Below, piece after piece: positions 24,480 to 38,500 of a DNA stretch of 64,000 nucleotides (positions are counted from its first letter, which is position 1; the number at the start of each line of letters is the position of its first letter). The notes beneath the pieces were generated by a model, which was not told the DNA's origin, searched no databases, and saw only the letters and a list, made by a program, of their open reading frames with translations. The position numbers and the translations under genes were made by a program. The stretch comes from Octopus sinensis (lineage: Eukaryota). The stretch spans positions 177,258,001-177,322,000 of the forward strand of contig NC_042998.1 in assembly GCF_006345805.1 (NCBI RefSeq). Direction: 5' to 3'.

Positions 24480-25310
24480 CGTTAACACGCCGGGCTAAAT
24501 GCTTAGAGGTATTTCGCCCGTCGCTACGTTCTGAGTTCAAATTCTACCGAGGTCGACTTTGCCTTTCATCCATTCGGATTCGATAAATTAAATACCAGTT
24601 GCGTACTGGGGTCGATCTAATCGACCGGGCCCCCTCACCAAAAATTTCGGGCCTTGTGCCTAGAGTAGAAAAGATTATATTAAAGCGGCGAGCTGGCAGA
24701 AACGTTAGCAGGCCGGGCGAAATGCGTAGCCGTATTTCGTCTGCCGTTACGTTCTGAGTTCAAATTCCGCCGAGGGAGGTTGACTTTACCTTTCATCCTT
24801 TCGAGTTCGATAAATTAAGTACCAGTTATACACTGAGGTCGATGTAATCGACTAAATCTGTTTGTCTGTCCTTGTTTGTCCCCTCTGTGTTTAGCCCTTG
24901 TGGGTAGTAAAGAAATAGGTATTTTGTCTGTCTTTACGTCCTGAGTTCAAATTCCGCTGAGGTCGACTTTGCCTTTCATCCTTTCAGGGTCGATAAAAGT
25001 AAGAATCGGTTGCGTACTGGAGTCGATCTAATCGACTGGACCCTCTCCCAAAATTTCGGCCCTTGTGCCTAGAGTAGAAAAGAATATATGTTTTGTTTAA
25101 GGCGGCGAGCTGGCAGAATCGTTAACACGCCGGGCAAAATAATTAGCAGTATTTCGTCTGTCTTTATGTTCTGAGTTCAAATTCTGCCGAGGTCGACTTT
25201 GCCTTTCATCCTTTTGGAGTCGATAAAATAAGTAGTACTTAATCAGTGGGGTCGATGTAATCGACTTTCCCCGCTTCACCGTATTTGCTGGTCTTATTCC
25301 AAAGTCGGAA
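24480..25310 (+). mobile_element. Cluster of four same-orientation SINE A units with both tail types
   Basis: Units at ~24480, 24684, ~24918 (body only), 25099. Confidence 0.85.
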
Positions 25311-25582
25311 ATCAATATAAGCTCTGTCTAACATATGATTAGTCTCTCGTCGAAAACGACATATGAGTGTTCAGTAATGAGATCAGAAGCAACTCCAACA
25401 AACTTGAAGTTATATTCAGACCAATGACCTGTTAAACAGGAAAGTCACAGGCTACGAACACAAAAATGGCACACACAAAACCACACCGAACACAGATGAG
25501 AATCTCACAATGTGGTTAATTTGTTTTCCTTATTTACATTTAACTATGTACAGATAAAAATTTGTATCTATCTATCTATCTA

Positions 25583-25669
<87 letters not shown>

Positions 25670-25681
25670 CTATATATATAA

Positions 25682-25890
25682 ACGGGAAGCTTTATGAAAA
25701 TAAACAAAAGACGAAGGCAGGCGGAATACAAACAAACAATTGTATTAGTATGGCGCTCAGGAATATCAATAAAACAAGTCTTTTATGTTTCGAGCCTACG
25801 CTCTTCAACAGAAAGATACACAGAAAGAAACAAGGAGAGAAACAAGGAGAGAAAAAAAATTCGTGCAGACGCTAGCGAATCAACATGGCG
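25682..25890 (-). mobile_element. Repeat family H2, copy 2
   Basis: Homologous to 4753-4956; (TA)n on both sides. Confidence 0.75.
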
Positions 25891-26135
25891 ATATATATAT
25901 ATATATATAAAATTATAAATTAGGGTATCTACGAGATACCACCATGCTGAAAATAGCAGCCATGATCTGACTCTGCAACCACCTTAATTGTCCATATATC
26001 AACACGGAGAGAAAACAAAGAGTCAAGATGAAACTAGTAAAAAATTACTGGATAATTCTAGATCCCGGATTTCTGACTTTGCATTTAGGAATGCTTTGCC
26101 TTGTCAGTAGAATACACACAGAAGAGAAACATAAA

Positions 26136-26525
26136 TATGTGGCTGTGTGGTAAGTAGCTTGCTTACCAGCCATACGGTTCCGGGTTCAGTCCCACTGCGT
26201 AGCACCTTGGGAAAGTGTCTTCTACTATAGCCTCGGGCCGACCAAAGGCCATGTGAATGGATTTGGTAGACAGAAACTGAAAGAAGCCTGTCGTATATAT
26301 ATATATATATATGTATGTATGTGTGTGTGTGTGTGTGTGTCTGTGTGTGTGTGTGTGTATGTGTTTGTGTGTCTGTGTTTGTTCCCCCAACATCGCTTGA
26401 CAACCGATGCTGGTATGTTTACGTCCCCGTTACTTAGCGGTTCAGCAAAAGAGACCGAGAGAATAAGTACTAGGCTTACAAAGAATAAGTCCTGGGGTCG
26501 ATTTGCTCGACTAAAAGGCGGTGCT
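26136..26525 (+). mobile_element. SINE family B, nearly full length
   Basis: Colinear with 11861-12245. Confidence 0.9.
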
Positions 26526-26529
26526 CAAA

Positions 26530-26760
26530 TATTAGTCATAAAATTTAAACACATTTAAACACATAAGGAATCCACTCATGGAATTCAACACGCAAATGGC
26601 AGGAAATTAGATGTCAAATGTTTTTATCTTTTCATTTCATTCCTGTCGAATTTTATCCCTAATTTTGTGTTTATGGAGCCTAGCTGTTATTTCTAGCGTG
26701 CTGAATCCCATGAGTGGATTCTTCATGTGTTTAAATGTACACTGTTTTTTATGACTAATA
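26530..26760. repeat. ~65-bp imperfect inverted repeat (MITE-like)
   Basis: Arms 26530-26593 and 26696-26760. Confidence 0.8.
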
Positions 26761-26842
26761 CATAGTCTTTGGACTAAATTTTTACACGCTAGGCCACTGG
26801 AAATGAAAATTTCTATTAATTTCCATTTCCCTTTGATATAAT

Positions 26843-26900
<58 letters not shown>

Positions 26901-27431
26901 TATATATGGATCAAACAGTTTAATTCAAATTCGTTGGTACTCTGAGTTTCAAGTGTGATGCTAATCTTCAGCCATTTTGATTGTTATTACCATAAGGTGG
27001 GCTGCGATTGGCTGAGGAAGGTCACGTTGTGTCGTGGTTTGATTTTGGTATAACCCTATATCAGTGATGACAGTTAGTTGGAAAACACCGCATGGTGAGC
27101 AAGAAATCGACCACGTATCCACACACATCCACACATGTGTATTCATTCATATGTACACTGCATGCATGCATGCATGCATGCATATTAGTGTACGCGCGCA
27201 CATGCGCATCCGCGCGTGCATGCATGAGTATACACGCGCATAACAAGCGCTGGGAGTTGGTAAGCGTTGGGAATCGATAAGCGTTGAGAATAGGTAATTG
27301 ACGGTCCTGCTCAAGGGGTCAGTTTGTGACAGTGATCTTGATGTAGAGTAGCAGCTGGTACTAAGGTGGCATATCCGGGTTGTCGGCAGTCAGGGGCTTG
27401 AAATTTGCCAGAAAGTCATACGGCGGATACT

Positions 27432-28453
27432 GCGGGAATGGATGGTTTCTTATTGCCGTTGTGTAGTAGTACTGCCTTGAGGCTTCTCTTAGATGAATCA
27501 ATGAATAAGCGCCATTCAGCTGGAACATGCTCTTGGAACAAACAGCGAAATAACTCATCAATGTTATTACTGAAACAAAGTGGTCCCTCAACAGAGAAGC
27601 ATGAAGTCAGACCCCTATTTCTCTTCCTGAAATGAATGATACAAACATCTTTCTTAAGCAGATACTTTTCTTGAAGGCGAGTTCAGCTTTATCCTTCAAC
27701 AATGACAAGTCTCTAACTAAATCATTTAACTCTCCTTGAGAAAATTTCTGTGGTGCATCTTCATTTTCAATCTTGAAATCTGCATCCACTTTGGTGTCTT
27801 CCACAGCAGTAGTATTTTCTTCAGGAAATACATCTTCGTCAGACATCTGAAGGCCATTTTATGGTGGTGTTGGAATAGGAAGATCATTGTTGTGTGGTAC
27901 TGGTCTTCTTGCTGATTCCAAGTTGGGATACACAATCTTATGCTTGGTCTTTACAGTAAATCCACATACATTATTAATGTTGCAGAAATAACAGTCCATG
28001 AAATGATCCTTGGCTCCCTCCATATCATAGGTATTGCAAACGGCATTGTTCTCTTCCCTTATTTAGTCAATCCCTTAGTCCATTTGAACAAGCTGAGCAG
28101 ATAAAGTGCGAGGCCCAACTCTTATCTTGATCCCCGAGAGAGCAGCCAAAGTATAACAGGTAGATCTTGATTTCACTTGTGAAGGCACATATTAAGATTA
28201 TTGTGATAAATGAACCACAGACATGACAAAATATATCAGGACTGTTCTTGTAATGCCTTGACATAGTCAGTATTTACCTGTATAGGACGTTTACATGTAG
28301 TGATACTGCTGATGGGAGTTATGTACCTCTCTTGTCTCATCAGAAAAACTGTGCCTGATAGAAGGAAACCGATTACATTTTTGAAATCTGCGGACAAAAC
28401 TACATATAAAACCCCATATGATATCCCTGATGAAAATTGGCTGTTGAGCAGTG
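27432..28453 (-). mobile_element. Chapaev3-type (CMC) DNA transposon, 5' end plus decayed transposase, 3' missing
   Basis: Across frameshifts: NSPDIFCHVCG..YFGCSLGDQDKSWASH..MPFAIPMIWREP.DHFMDCYFC..KIVYPNLESARRPVPH..FSQGELNDLVRDLSL.KDKAEL..EWRLFIDSSKRSLKAVLLHNGNKKPSIP; terminus TAA|CACTGCTCAACA at 28453. Confidence 0.8.
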
Positions 28454-28860
28454 TTATTGATGTACAATCTACATTACGTTATAGCATTATTCAGGCCACA
28501 CAGGAACCCGTGCGATCACGCAACGGTGGGAGTTTAGCGTAATTAACATTAACGCCCGAAACCTGAATGGTAAAATTGATGCCTGCCGAGCGCATCCAAT
28601 CATGTGCGTCTGTGTGCGTGTCTGCGTGCGTGCCTGCGTGTGTGTGTTGTGTGTGTGTGTGTGTGTAATGTGGTTTGGGGTGGAATAAATTCGATCGTAG
28701 CTCAGTCCACTCAATTGAGTCAAACACTGGACTAAAAATTCAAAAAGAAATAACTATACTAATTCAACAGAGCCTGCTTCTACCTTGCAAGTTCCCTGCC
28801 GCCTTTCATTGACTAATTTTCTTCGCTCAAGATGGCTTCACGTTGCGTTTATTATCTCTC

Positions 28861-28933
<73 letters not shown>

Positions 28934-31072
28934 AACCTTTCATTAATATTTATGTATGATTCAGTTAGTCGATCTCTTTACTCACTACACCTTCACATCA
29001 ACCTTCTTTTTTTTACATTAATGTCTCACAACCACACAAAGCCTTCTGTTTCCGATTAAAGCCTTTTAGATTATGTGCAGGTTTTAGTGCAAGGAAGCGC
29101 CATTGAATGTTGATTACAATTGCAGTTAATTGCTATTACAGTATAAGTATTATAAATTTCATATCAAAAGTAAAAGGAAATTGATTCTCATTTGTTCCAA
29201 CGTTGAATATTCCAGTTATTCGACTGCTTCCCCATTGTATTGTAGTGTAAATGGCCGAGTATTCTATTGACACGTGTACTGTTTAAGAATTCATTTCTCA
29301 GTCAGAATTAGAGCACCAAAAGATGTAATAAGGTTGCTTCTTTGAATTATAAGTACATGAAATATACGGAAGAAAAAAAGAAGAAAGAAGAAAGGATGGG
29401 TAAAATAGTCTTCCATAGAACAAAATTCCTCGTGTGGCTAGCTTCGTAGCAGAGTGTGAATTGAATGGGATATCCTCGTGTAGGTAGCTTCGAAGTAGGG
29501 TGTGAATGGAATGGGAGATCCTCGTGTAGGTAGCTTCGTAGAAGGGTGTGAAAGAAATGGAAGACAGAAGAGATGCAGAAAGGAAACGTGAGATTGCTGC
29601 TGAAGAACGATTGTAAAGTGAGATAAGGAGCGAGTAAACAGTGCGTGTGTTGCAGTGGTGTGTGTCATATGGTGTGTGTAGTGAAATAAGGTGGCGTTAT
29701 GCATATATAGCTATTATAACTGGAACAATGTAGTTTATGTGTCGTGTGGACGTATGTATGTAAACGAAGGAATCCGTTTGCTTAAGCCATGTGGTTCAAG
29801 TGATCAGAGGCAACAAATGAGTTGTTGCTTACATAGTAACCGTAATTCAGGTCAAGTAAGTCATTTATGCACAGGAGAATTGGGGTACGAGTCATAACCG
29901 GACTATGGTGCACACCATAATTGAAAGAATGTTGGGTGTCAGTCAACACCTGTTGCAGTGGGGGCAGTCTGGTAGAAAAATTTACATCTAAGAGCTGAAA
30001 ATGGTTCAGCCCATGGACGAGCAATCTGGCCAAACTACTAACCTATAAAATATGCATATTTAGTTAGCTTTTCCCCTCTGTAATAAATGAGAGATTGAAC
30101 AACCAGTGGTCTTGTCTATTTCAAGATTTTTATTGTTCGCTACTCCGCGCAGAAATATAAACTTCAACCGTGTTACAAGTTAACGAAACAGCTTTTAATA
30201 ATACATTTCTTCATCAGGAGCAGCTGTCGATACACAGCTACTTATAAGAAAACAGCCAATAATAGTTGTAACTACTGCTGCTGTTGTTGTTGTTGTTGTT
30301 GTTGAGGAAGAGGAGGAGGGTGGTGTTTTATGGCTCATAGGTGAAAGATGGGGTGCGCCCATGCCATTTTTGCAGTAGCTCTGAGACTAGTGGAAGAAAC
30401 TGAAAATCTGGTCCAAATGTTTGCAATAAAGCAAACATCACTAAAACCACCCAAGGACCAAACGGTGGTGCCAAACCACCCGATAGATTTGATATTTTAA
30501 GCCATTAATGTAATGTAACGTCATTGGTGGTACACGAACTGACAACTCTTCACTTGGGAGTCCAACAATTTATTAAGTTAACTACTACCGCGAGGCTAAT
30601 TTTAAACATAATAGACCGCAGTCTTGGTCACATAATCTTCTAAAGGCGTTTTCTCTTCTGCAACTGAATACAATTCAATTTATTGCCATTGACGACTAAA
30701 TACAAAAAATGCTGAACCTATTTTAATATCATGGCTATAAAAGAAACTTCCATTAATAGATTCACGAGTAACACTACACCTATTACTTAGAGGATTTTGT
30801 GAAAATAGTGGAGTTCTGAGTGATGTAGAACGCCGGGACGTTATTAACTTTCTCAAGAGCATTAGTCAGATAAACGAAGTTAAGCCGTTCCGACTGGCAA
30901 TCGAAACTGGGTCACAGTCTATATTTTGTTGTGGTTTCACTGCAGCATTACATAAGCTGTAGCAGACAGGTCAACGAGGGAACCTATATGTGGTGGCTCA
31001 AACTGCTAGATATTACTGGTAAATTTCTCTCGAATCCCACTCTCTCATGTAAATACTAAAAATACTAAAATT

Positions 31073-31495
31073 GGGATCTTTTCAGTCTGAACGGCAGTTT
31101 TTTAAAATAATTTCCACGTAACTAAACACTTTTAAACCTCGTATACTGGTAGAATGTGTTTATAAAACATCTTTTTCTCTTGGCTTTATTGAGAAAATTC
31201 TTTAGTTAGTAAGATATTTGTTGTCTTTTTTTTCTTCAATTTCTGCAATTTCAACCAATCAATGACGTCTATTGAGGTAAAAAAACATTCTGTGCCGTAT
31301 GAATATGTCCCTCGTTTAAGAAACAGATTATGTTTATTTACATTTCTGAAGAAAAAAGATACCCTTCCCCCCACCCCTAAGCCTAACCCTAAAACAGATT
31401 GAAATGCAATAGATTGATACTAGGATCATAATTATAGGGGGGCAATTTCATATGACACCGCTAGAAAAAACTGCCGTTCAAACCGAAAAGCTCCC
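31073..31495. mobile_element. 423-bp MITE with ~30-bp TIRs and 7-bp TSD
   Basis: TIR gggatcttttcagtctgaacggcagtttttt / aaaaaactgccgttcaaaccgaaaagctccc; taaaatt at 31066-31072 and 31496-31502. Confidence 0.85.
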
Positions 31496-31851
31496 TAAAA
31501 TTGAAAGACCGCCCGATCACGAAGGTGTATAGTTTGTTATTGTAGCCAAATTTTAATCCTCACAGTCTCTGTCACAACCTTAAAATTCACATTCAAACAC
31601 CCAAATATATGTACAATACACTAGAACACTATTACACCACTATCCTAAAATTCTTCTTACTTCCATCCAATTCAGAAAAAAAAAACGTATACAGAGAAAT
31701 AGCTGCAACAGCAATAGCTTTTCTCGCATCGCACATTACACGATACAGCACAGCATATCAGAAGACCATACTGTATATTGTGTAATACAGTCTTCAGATG
31801 GGTAAACAAGCAGTTTAATTGGATAAATAGACTAGATCTATGTGCTATAGA

Positions 31852-32215
31852 GAGAAGAGAGAGAAGCACTCCGTCGGTTACGACGACGAGGGTTCCGGTT
31901 GATCCGATCAACGGAACAGCCTGCTCGTGAAATTAACGTGTACCCTTAACGTAGTTCTCGGGGATATTCAGCGTGACACAGAGAGTGACAAGGCCGGCCT
32001 TTTGAAATACAGGTACAACAGAAACAGGAAATAAGAGTGAGAGAAAGTTGTGGTGAAAGAGTACAGCAGGGATCACCACCATCCCTGCCGGAGCCTCGTG
32101 GAGCTTTAGGTGTTTTCGCTCAATAAACACTCACAACGCCCGGTCTGGGAATCAAAACCGCAATCCTACGACCGCGAGTCCGCTGCCCTAACCACTGGGC
32201 CATTGCGCCTTCACG
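31852..32215 (-). mobile_element. SINE family C, full length, with TSD
   Basis: TSD tctatgtgctataga at 31837-31851 and 32216-32230. Confidence 0.93.
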
Positions 32216-33744
32216 TCTATGTGCTATAGATCTAGTCAGTTGGTACTGATTCGGGGATTAAGGAACAAGAAATGAAAGAGGTGCTGAATAAAGGAGTCCT
32301 AGGTATGGACTATGGCTGAGAAAGAAGGTAAAGGATAGGTGATCATTGCTGCAACAACTTTCCCCTTTACTGGATCAGAATTAACACAGTGTTATGCAAA
32401 ACCGAGCACAGTAAAAAAAGTTAATTTTTTTAAATAGTGGTATGAGGGACTGAGATTTACCACTTTAATTACTGAAGTGGTACAGTTTGATTTTATTTCT
32501 GTAGCCCTCACTAAAGAATGCATAGGATAAAATTGGTCACTGACCTCCTTTGTTTTCTTTCTCTCTTATGATATTGTTGTACGTTTCGTTAAGCTTCTCT
32601 AAACGATCTTTGGCCAAATTAAGCTGGCTGTAGCTAGCTGCATGTGTTTTAGACACAAGATTGTATAAGGAGTATATGTTTTTACTTGATTCTGAAAATA
32701 TGGATTAAATTTAATATTAACAAAAAAATAAGGCTTCTTTTGAAAACATTTGAGAATGATGACATGTTTAAGTCTAAATATAATTTTTTTTACTTATTAC
32801 TCTCTAAAAAATAAAAAACCATACCTGTCATTCTATTTCTGTCTCCATTTTATTATAATCGATCAACAACTGTACACAAAGGAATTTCTTCTAACGTCGA
32901 GAGCATGCGCAGACACATAATCTTTGTAACATGGGTTAGGTGAAGGCTTAGTTTAAAAAAAAAAAAAAAAAAGAGGCAGCAACTATAATCCTTTTCAGCA
33001 CTTCCATTATTCGTGGGAGGAAGGGAATGAGTTATCCTCCGATCGAAGATTTGGTCAGAATGCTTACAACAGATTGGATTCTGCTAAAGTCATCCAAGGA
33101 CCAGGTAGTGACATTAGACCAAGCGACGGATTAACATCACTACCACCCATTGCAATAGGATGATAAAACAGATATAACCTCTTCATTTAACTATTTTGAA
33201 ACTAATTGTTCGTCCAACCAATCAGGAATCCCATTCCCATTCTAATGTCGGGTTTGCCTCACTACCGAAGTTTTACTAAACATAGCTCAGTGGAACACGA
33301 ACAAATCCATGTTGGACGTCTCGGTATTCAAACACAATAGCGTTGATCAACGGAACATACAACTCGTAGTCAATCAACGCAAAGGACAGTTAAAGCATGT
33401 TAGGTACTTTATTTCAGCTGCGTAAGTTGAAGAGGGAAGAATTCTATGCTTTACCAAAGAGTGTTCATTAGGCATTTATTGTAGTTATAATGGTAAACTT
33501 CAGCTGTCGTTTCCCACTCACTTGCCGTGCGGTGTTGCAGTCAAATAAGAAATTACTAAGTATTCAAATTTAAAAAAAAAATTAAATTCTATTCTACAGT
33601 TGGTGCCCACTTAAATTATAGGCATGCTCTTTTCGCCTAAGTGGAATTCATATACAGAAAAAATTCTGGAAAAAGTCAGGTAAAGTGTGAAATTTTACAG
33701 GATCACGTTGAAATCTATGTTAATACAAATCCTATAAAATTATC

Positions 33745-34143
33745 CTTTTCTAACCTAGGCACAAGGCCCGAAATTTTGGGTGAGGGCGTCAGTCGATTAG
33801 ATCGACCCCAGTACGTAACTGGTATTTAATTTATCGACCCCGAAAAGATGAGAGAAAAAGTCGACCTCGGTGGAAATTGACCTCAGAACGTAAAGTCAGA
33901 CGAAATACCTATTTCTTTACTACCCACAGGGGGCTATACACAGAGGGGACAAACAAGGACAGACAAACGGATTAAGTCAATTATATCGACCCCAGTGCGT
34001 AACTGGTACTTATTTAATCGACCCCCGAAAGGATGAAAGGCAAAGTCGACCTCGGCGGAATTTGAACTCAGAACATAAAGACAAGACGAAATACTGCTAA
34101 GCATTTCGCCCGGCGCGCTAACGTTTCTGCCAGCTCGCCGCCT
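33745..34143 (-). mobile_element. SINE family A dimer (tail type 1 then tail type 2)
   Basis: Full copy 33910-34143 followed by a body with the ..gccttgtgcctag tail. Confidence 0.88.
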
Positions 34144-34257
34144 TTAATACAAATTATATAAAATCATCACTACTCTCTTCTGAGAAATCTAAACATGAAT
34201 TACTACGTTGCCGGTTCAAATCATGAAAGCAGCAACTTCAACCGCATTGGTAAGTTT

Positions 34258-34511
34258 CATCATCATCATTGTTCGACCGTGGTCGAGACAATGGAATTTA
34301 CCATGCTACGCCAGACTTCACGGTCCATCATGGCATTACGGAGGTCCTGTTGCTGGATGCCTTTATCCCTGGAGATTACATCAGGGTAGGAGAGTGTGCG
34401 CCTTCTGGTATTGCGAGTAGATGGCTTCCAGAGGAGAAGAGTAGAAATTACTTCTTTTTCAGCTCTACAACAATGTCCAGCAAACTGGACTCTCCTACCT
34501 TTCACAAGACG
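34258..34511 (-). mobile_element. RTE-X-like LINE 3' end, 5'-truncated
   Basis: RRVQFAGHCCRAEKEVISTLLLW..TLSYPDVISRD..MMDREVWR, (TGA)n tail, TSD tggtaagttt at 34248-34257 and 34512-34521. Confidence 0.85.
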
Positions 34512-35321
34512 TGGTAAGTTTAGACGTGAATATCCACAAACTTTTATATTCAGTTCAAACTGTATATCACGAAATAAACCTGGGGTGTGGTTTAACCCTT
34601 TTCGCTGCCCAAAGCACTTTTGTAAGTTTTTCTCTAAATGTCCATGCTTGTTTTCGGACTGTTAATTAGCATATGTTTCATAAATAATAAAAAGCGTTCT
34701 TTTCCTAAGTCCCAAGATACTATTGGTAGATGAAAAAAAGGAATGTGTGTCTATTATTATGCATGGACACCAAGAACAGGCAAGGGGTTAAAAACAAGAC
34801 TGAGGGAACATATACATATCATACCACATAGGTTCATACACGAAATTCTTTATACCTTCCATAGCCATTCTAAGGCCTAGCAATGCATTTAAACTATTCT
34901 TTATTTATGGTGTCAGATAAGAACAGAAGACATCCAGAGATGTCTCTTTACTGATAAAGATCTGAGTCGCTCCTTACTGCATTGCGTTCTATCTTTTATT
35001 TATTTAAATTCTAGAGTTGTGTCCCCTGACTTTCTTAACCAGAAATAGTCATTCACATAATGATTGCTTTTCATAACTATGGGTGGAGGGCAGTTTTAAT
35101 TCATTAGCATATCTTGGTTCACCATATCAAATATGCTAACGTCTACTTTACTACGCAAACGACAGCCAATGCATTGGCGTCGAGTTGTTGGAATCTTATA
35201 AGCTTCATATTAGTAGTGTGTACGTCCGTGTCTCTCAGTGTGTGCATGTGTGAGGGTGTATGTGGATGTGAAGACATATATAGATACATGCATGTACATA
35301 TATGTTTGTGTGCATGTATGC

Positions 35322-35375
<54 letters not shown>

Positions 35376-35431
35376 AAATGTATGTATGTATATATGTATG
35401 TATGTATGTATGTACGTACGGATACAAAGGA

Positions 35432-35550
<119 letters not shown>

Positions 35551-38500
35551 TTACTGAATCACGTATGGTTAACATACAGGTCATTGAAATCAACCAGGAT
35601 TGTATCTTTAAGTTAGTTTCTAATCTTTACGATGGCATTAAGAAGCTTTCTCGCTACTAGACATATTGCATGATGAGAAAGAAGATAAACTTGGCCAAAG
35701 ACATTGTACTGAGATTTCGTTGACCACGAGATGCCTGAATTTAATATGAACTATGCTAGCAAGTCAAAAGAAATAATATACTTATAAGAAAATGTGGTGG
35801 AAAAAATGAACTCCCTGTCTACTAGCAGCTACTGATGTATCAAAAGTATTTACATAACACAAATTTCTTTGCAGCTTCCTCTTCCACGCTTCACTATGCC
35901 ATTTAGAATTATCAATATCCAATGTTTTAGTGCATATTCTCGTGTCTATCAATAACAGTATTTATTACTATTTATACATAAAAAGACGTTGCTTTTTTTT
36001 TGCTTTTTTTACCCAGGGAATTGAGGCTTTTGTTTCTATCGTTTTAAGCAATTTGCTTTTACATAATATTATTCAAATATCTACAAGAAAGTTAACAACA
36101 AAAATGCTATAAATTTAGTTTAGCATATCAATCGCTTTGTCTTGCAAAACGCTTGGTCTAGCAATATTCATAAAATTAAATTATCAATTAGTTGTTCAAT
36201 CAAATCCAGTACAGACTGATGCAACAGAAACCTGTATTACATAGAAAAAGTGATTTCCTTTTATTTTTTTAATAGACTCTGGGAATGGGGAAAAAGTCAA
36301 TTATCGACCCTTGTATTTGACTGATATTTTGCTATCTTTACTCTGAGGGATGAATAGGAATGTTGTCTGGAGTTTGATTTCAGAACGTAAAGGGACGTAA
36401 TACCGCGAGGTTTTTTCTCCGCGGTTCTCTCGATTCTACCAGTTACAACGAATGATAATGATTTTAAAAATTGGCACAAGACCGCAGAGACACTATTAAA
36501 CTCCAACCATCCTCTTCTCCAAGTTCACGTTTTCTCTTCGACTCCAACTACTCTGAAAAGTAATGAAGGGTCAATTCTCTCGTCCACACCAAATTCGATA
36601 CTCTCGCCCCGCTTTTATAGAATTTATTAAAGGGCAGCACTTCTGTTTCCACTTTCCCCTTCTGCTTCAAACGGTCTTGAAAAAAGCTGATGACGGTTTA
36701 GTGAAAGAGAAGTCCTATTTTAACCCCTTTCGGCTTTGCTCACTATAACTATCAAGCATATAGTTAGCTACTCCTTGTCAAATGACGGCGGCAGTTCAAT
36801 TTTGACAATGGATTCGGACGGGGGTTGGATCCTTTTCATGCGTAATTTTAATCGTCTTCTTCCGAAACATTATGTTAGGAAAATTATCTAAAATTTCTTA
36901 TTCAACAGATTTTATAGAATCTTAGGATATACCAAAGGCCGTTGTTGCTCATACTTGTCACGAAACTTTTATAGCAATAAGAGTTGACTTACACTGAGTA
37001 TACTGTCCAACTACTAAAATAATAAGAATCCTGGGTGTCATCCCATATGCCAAGCATCCCCCTCGCTCTTACGTTTGACTCAGGAATTCGCCTGCTCGTC
37101 GCCCTGGAATATTTGCAAATACTTCAGTTACAACACATGACTGCACATTACGGTCACCATGCCTCGTGAGTATGGGTATCGGTAACAGATGAATCTTTTA
37201 GCAAAAGGAACTTAACCTTTTCACAAGAAATACGAAATATATCTCTATTTCCAACGTGCCCGGCCCCATGGTGGTTAGATCACTTGCGTATGTAGCTATT
37301 ACCTTCTCCCATCCCAGCTGAAATAAGATACTTCATAGTACATCACTTCTATAGTTAATATTCAAGAGCCAAACCGTACTGAAGCAGCGAGAGAGGACAC
37401 ATAACAAATCACCGCCGATCAGACTCTGCAGTAAAGTTAGTTCACTAATTCGATCAGTATTGAAGTTTCGTACCCAATGCATTACATTCAATTTCCAATA
37501 ACTATATCCTTGTCTAGATCAAAAACTTATGGTCTGAGTTACCACTTATCCCTGGATACTAAGTTAATAAATAGTGTAAGGGCGACAGACCAATCGAAAT
37601 ATCTTGTAGCTGGTTAGCAACGAAATTTCTTTCAGGGTAGCTAAAGCCAGCAGGAGGACAGGCAGTTCCGTCCAGTAACAAAAAACTACTAGCGGACTCG
37701 AGAAAGCTCATGGCTTCGATTCACTCTTCAGCAAGGGACAAACGAAACGGGTCGCATCGTTCTCGACCTGAAGTAGCTGTCTTATGGAAGAAAAGCAACA
37801 ATGAATAAATGGTGACAAGTGAGTTATTTTCGATAAATAGAACTGACACCGTGGATGAACCTTCATTAACCCTGGATAATATATGTTCTATCTAAATAGG
37901 ATATGTATGACTTGTGAAAGTTTGCCCAAGTCCACATTGGGGCATTTGGGAACTTTATTCATTTAGGACCACACTTCTTATAATAGTATTCAAGAAAATC
38001 ATCAGCCCTCAATTAATATAGAAGATATAGTCTCAAACTGAAAGTGGCGATATTTGTCGCATAAGTATGTTAATATCAGTTATTTAACATTTATATGTTC
38101 CCCTCCTTCAGTGGTGATTATTTTGAAACATTTAGAGATTATTTTGAAACATTTAGCGATATTTTGAAATATTGGAGAACATACTTACTGAGTAATGAAG
38201 TTTTGACACTAGAATCTAGACCAAGTTTATCTCTCATCCACTTACAACAACGAGGTTTGGACAGTTTTTGTTTAAATGATACCATACCTGCAATTAAGAC
38301 ATACAAGCAAAAAATATTAATTAAGGAAGCAAAAATGTAATTTGAGAACTAGTTTTTCATTTTATTCAAAGATTTTAATTCCTGCACTATAAAATAGTAG
38401 CAAGTTACGGGTTAATTCCAGTTAAGTTAAGATGCTAACACTAAATTATTGTGTTTTATACCGGACCATGGTGACAAGATTCGAGCACATACTCCCAGTC

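Noticed and set aside
30170-30230. CTGATGA on the minus strand
   Set aside because: No stem II-GAAA-stem III arrangement follows.
31376-31392. Telomere-like ccctaa motifs
   Set aside because: Only two or three imperfect units, inside a MITE.
36500-37900. CpG-richer unique region with several 40-55-codon frames
   Set aside because: Frames are broken by stops on both strands with inconsistent splice phases.
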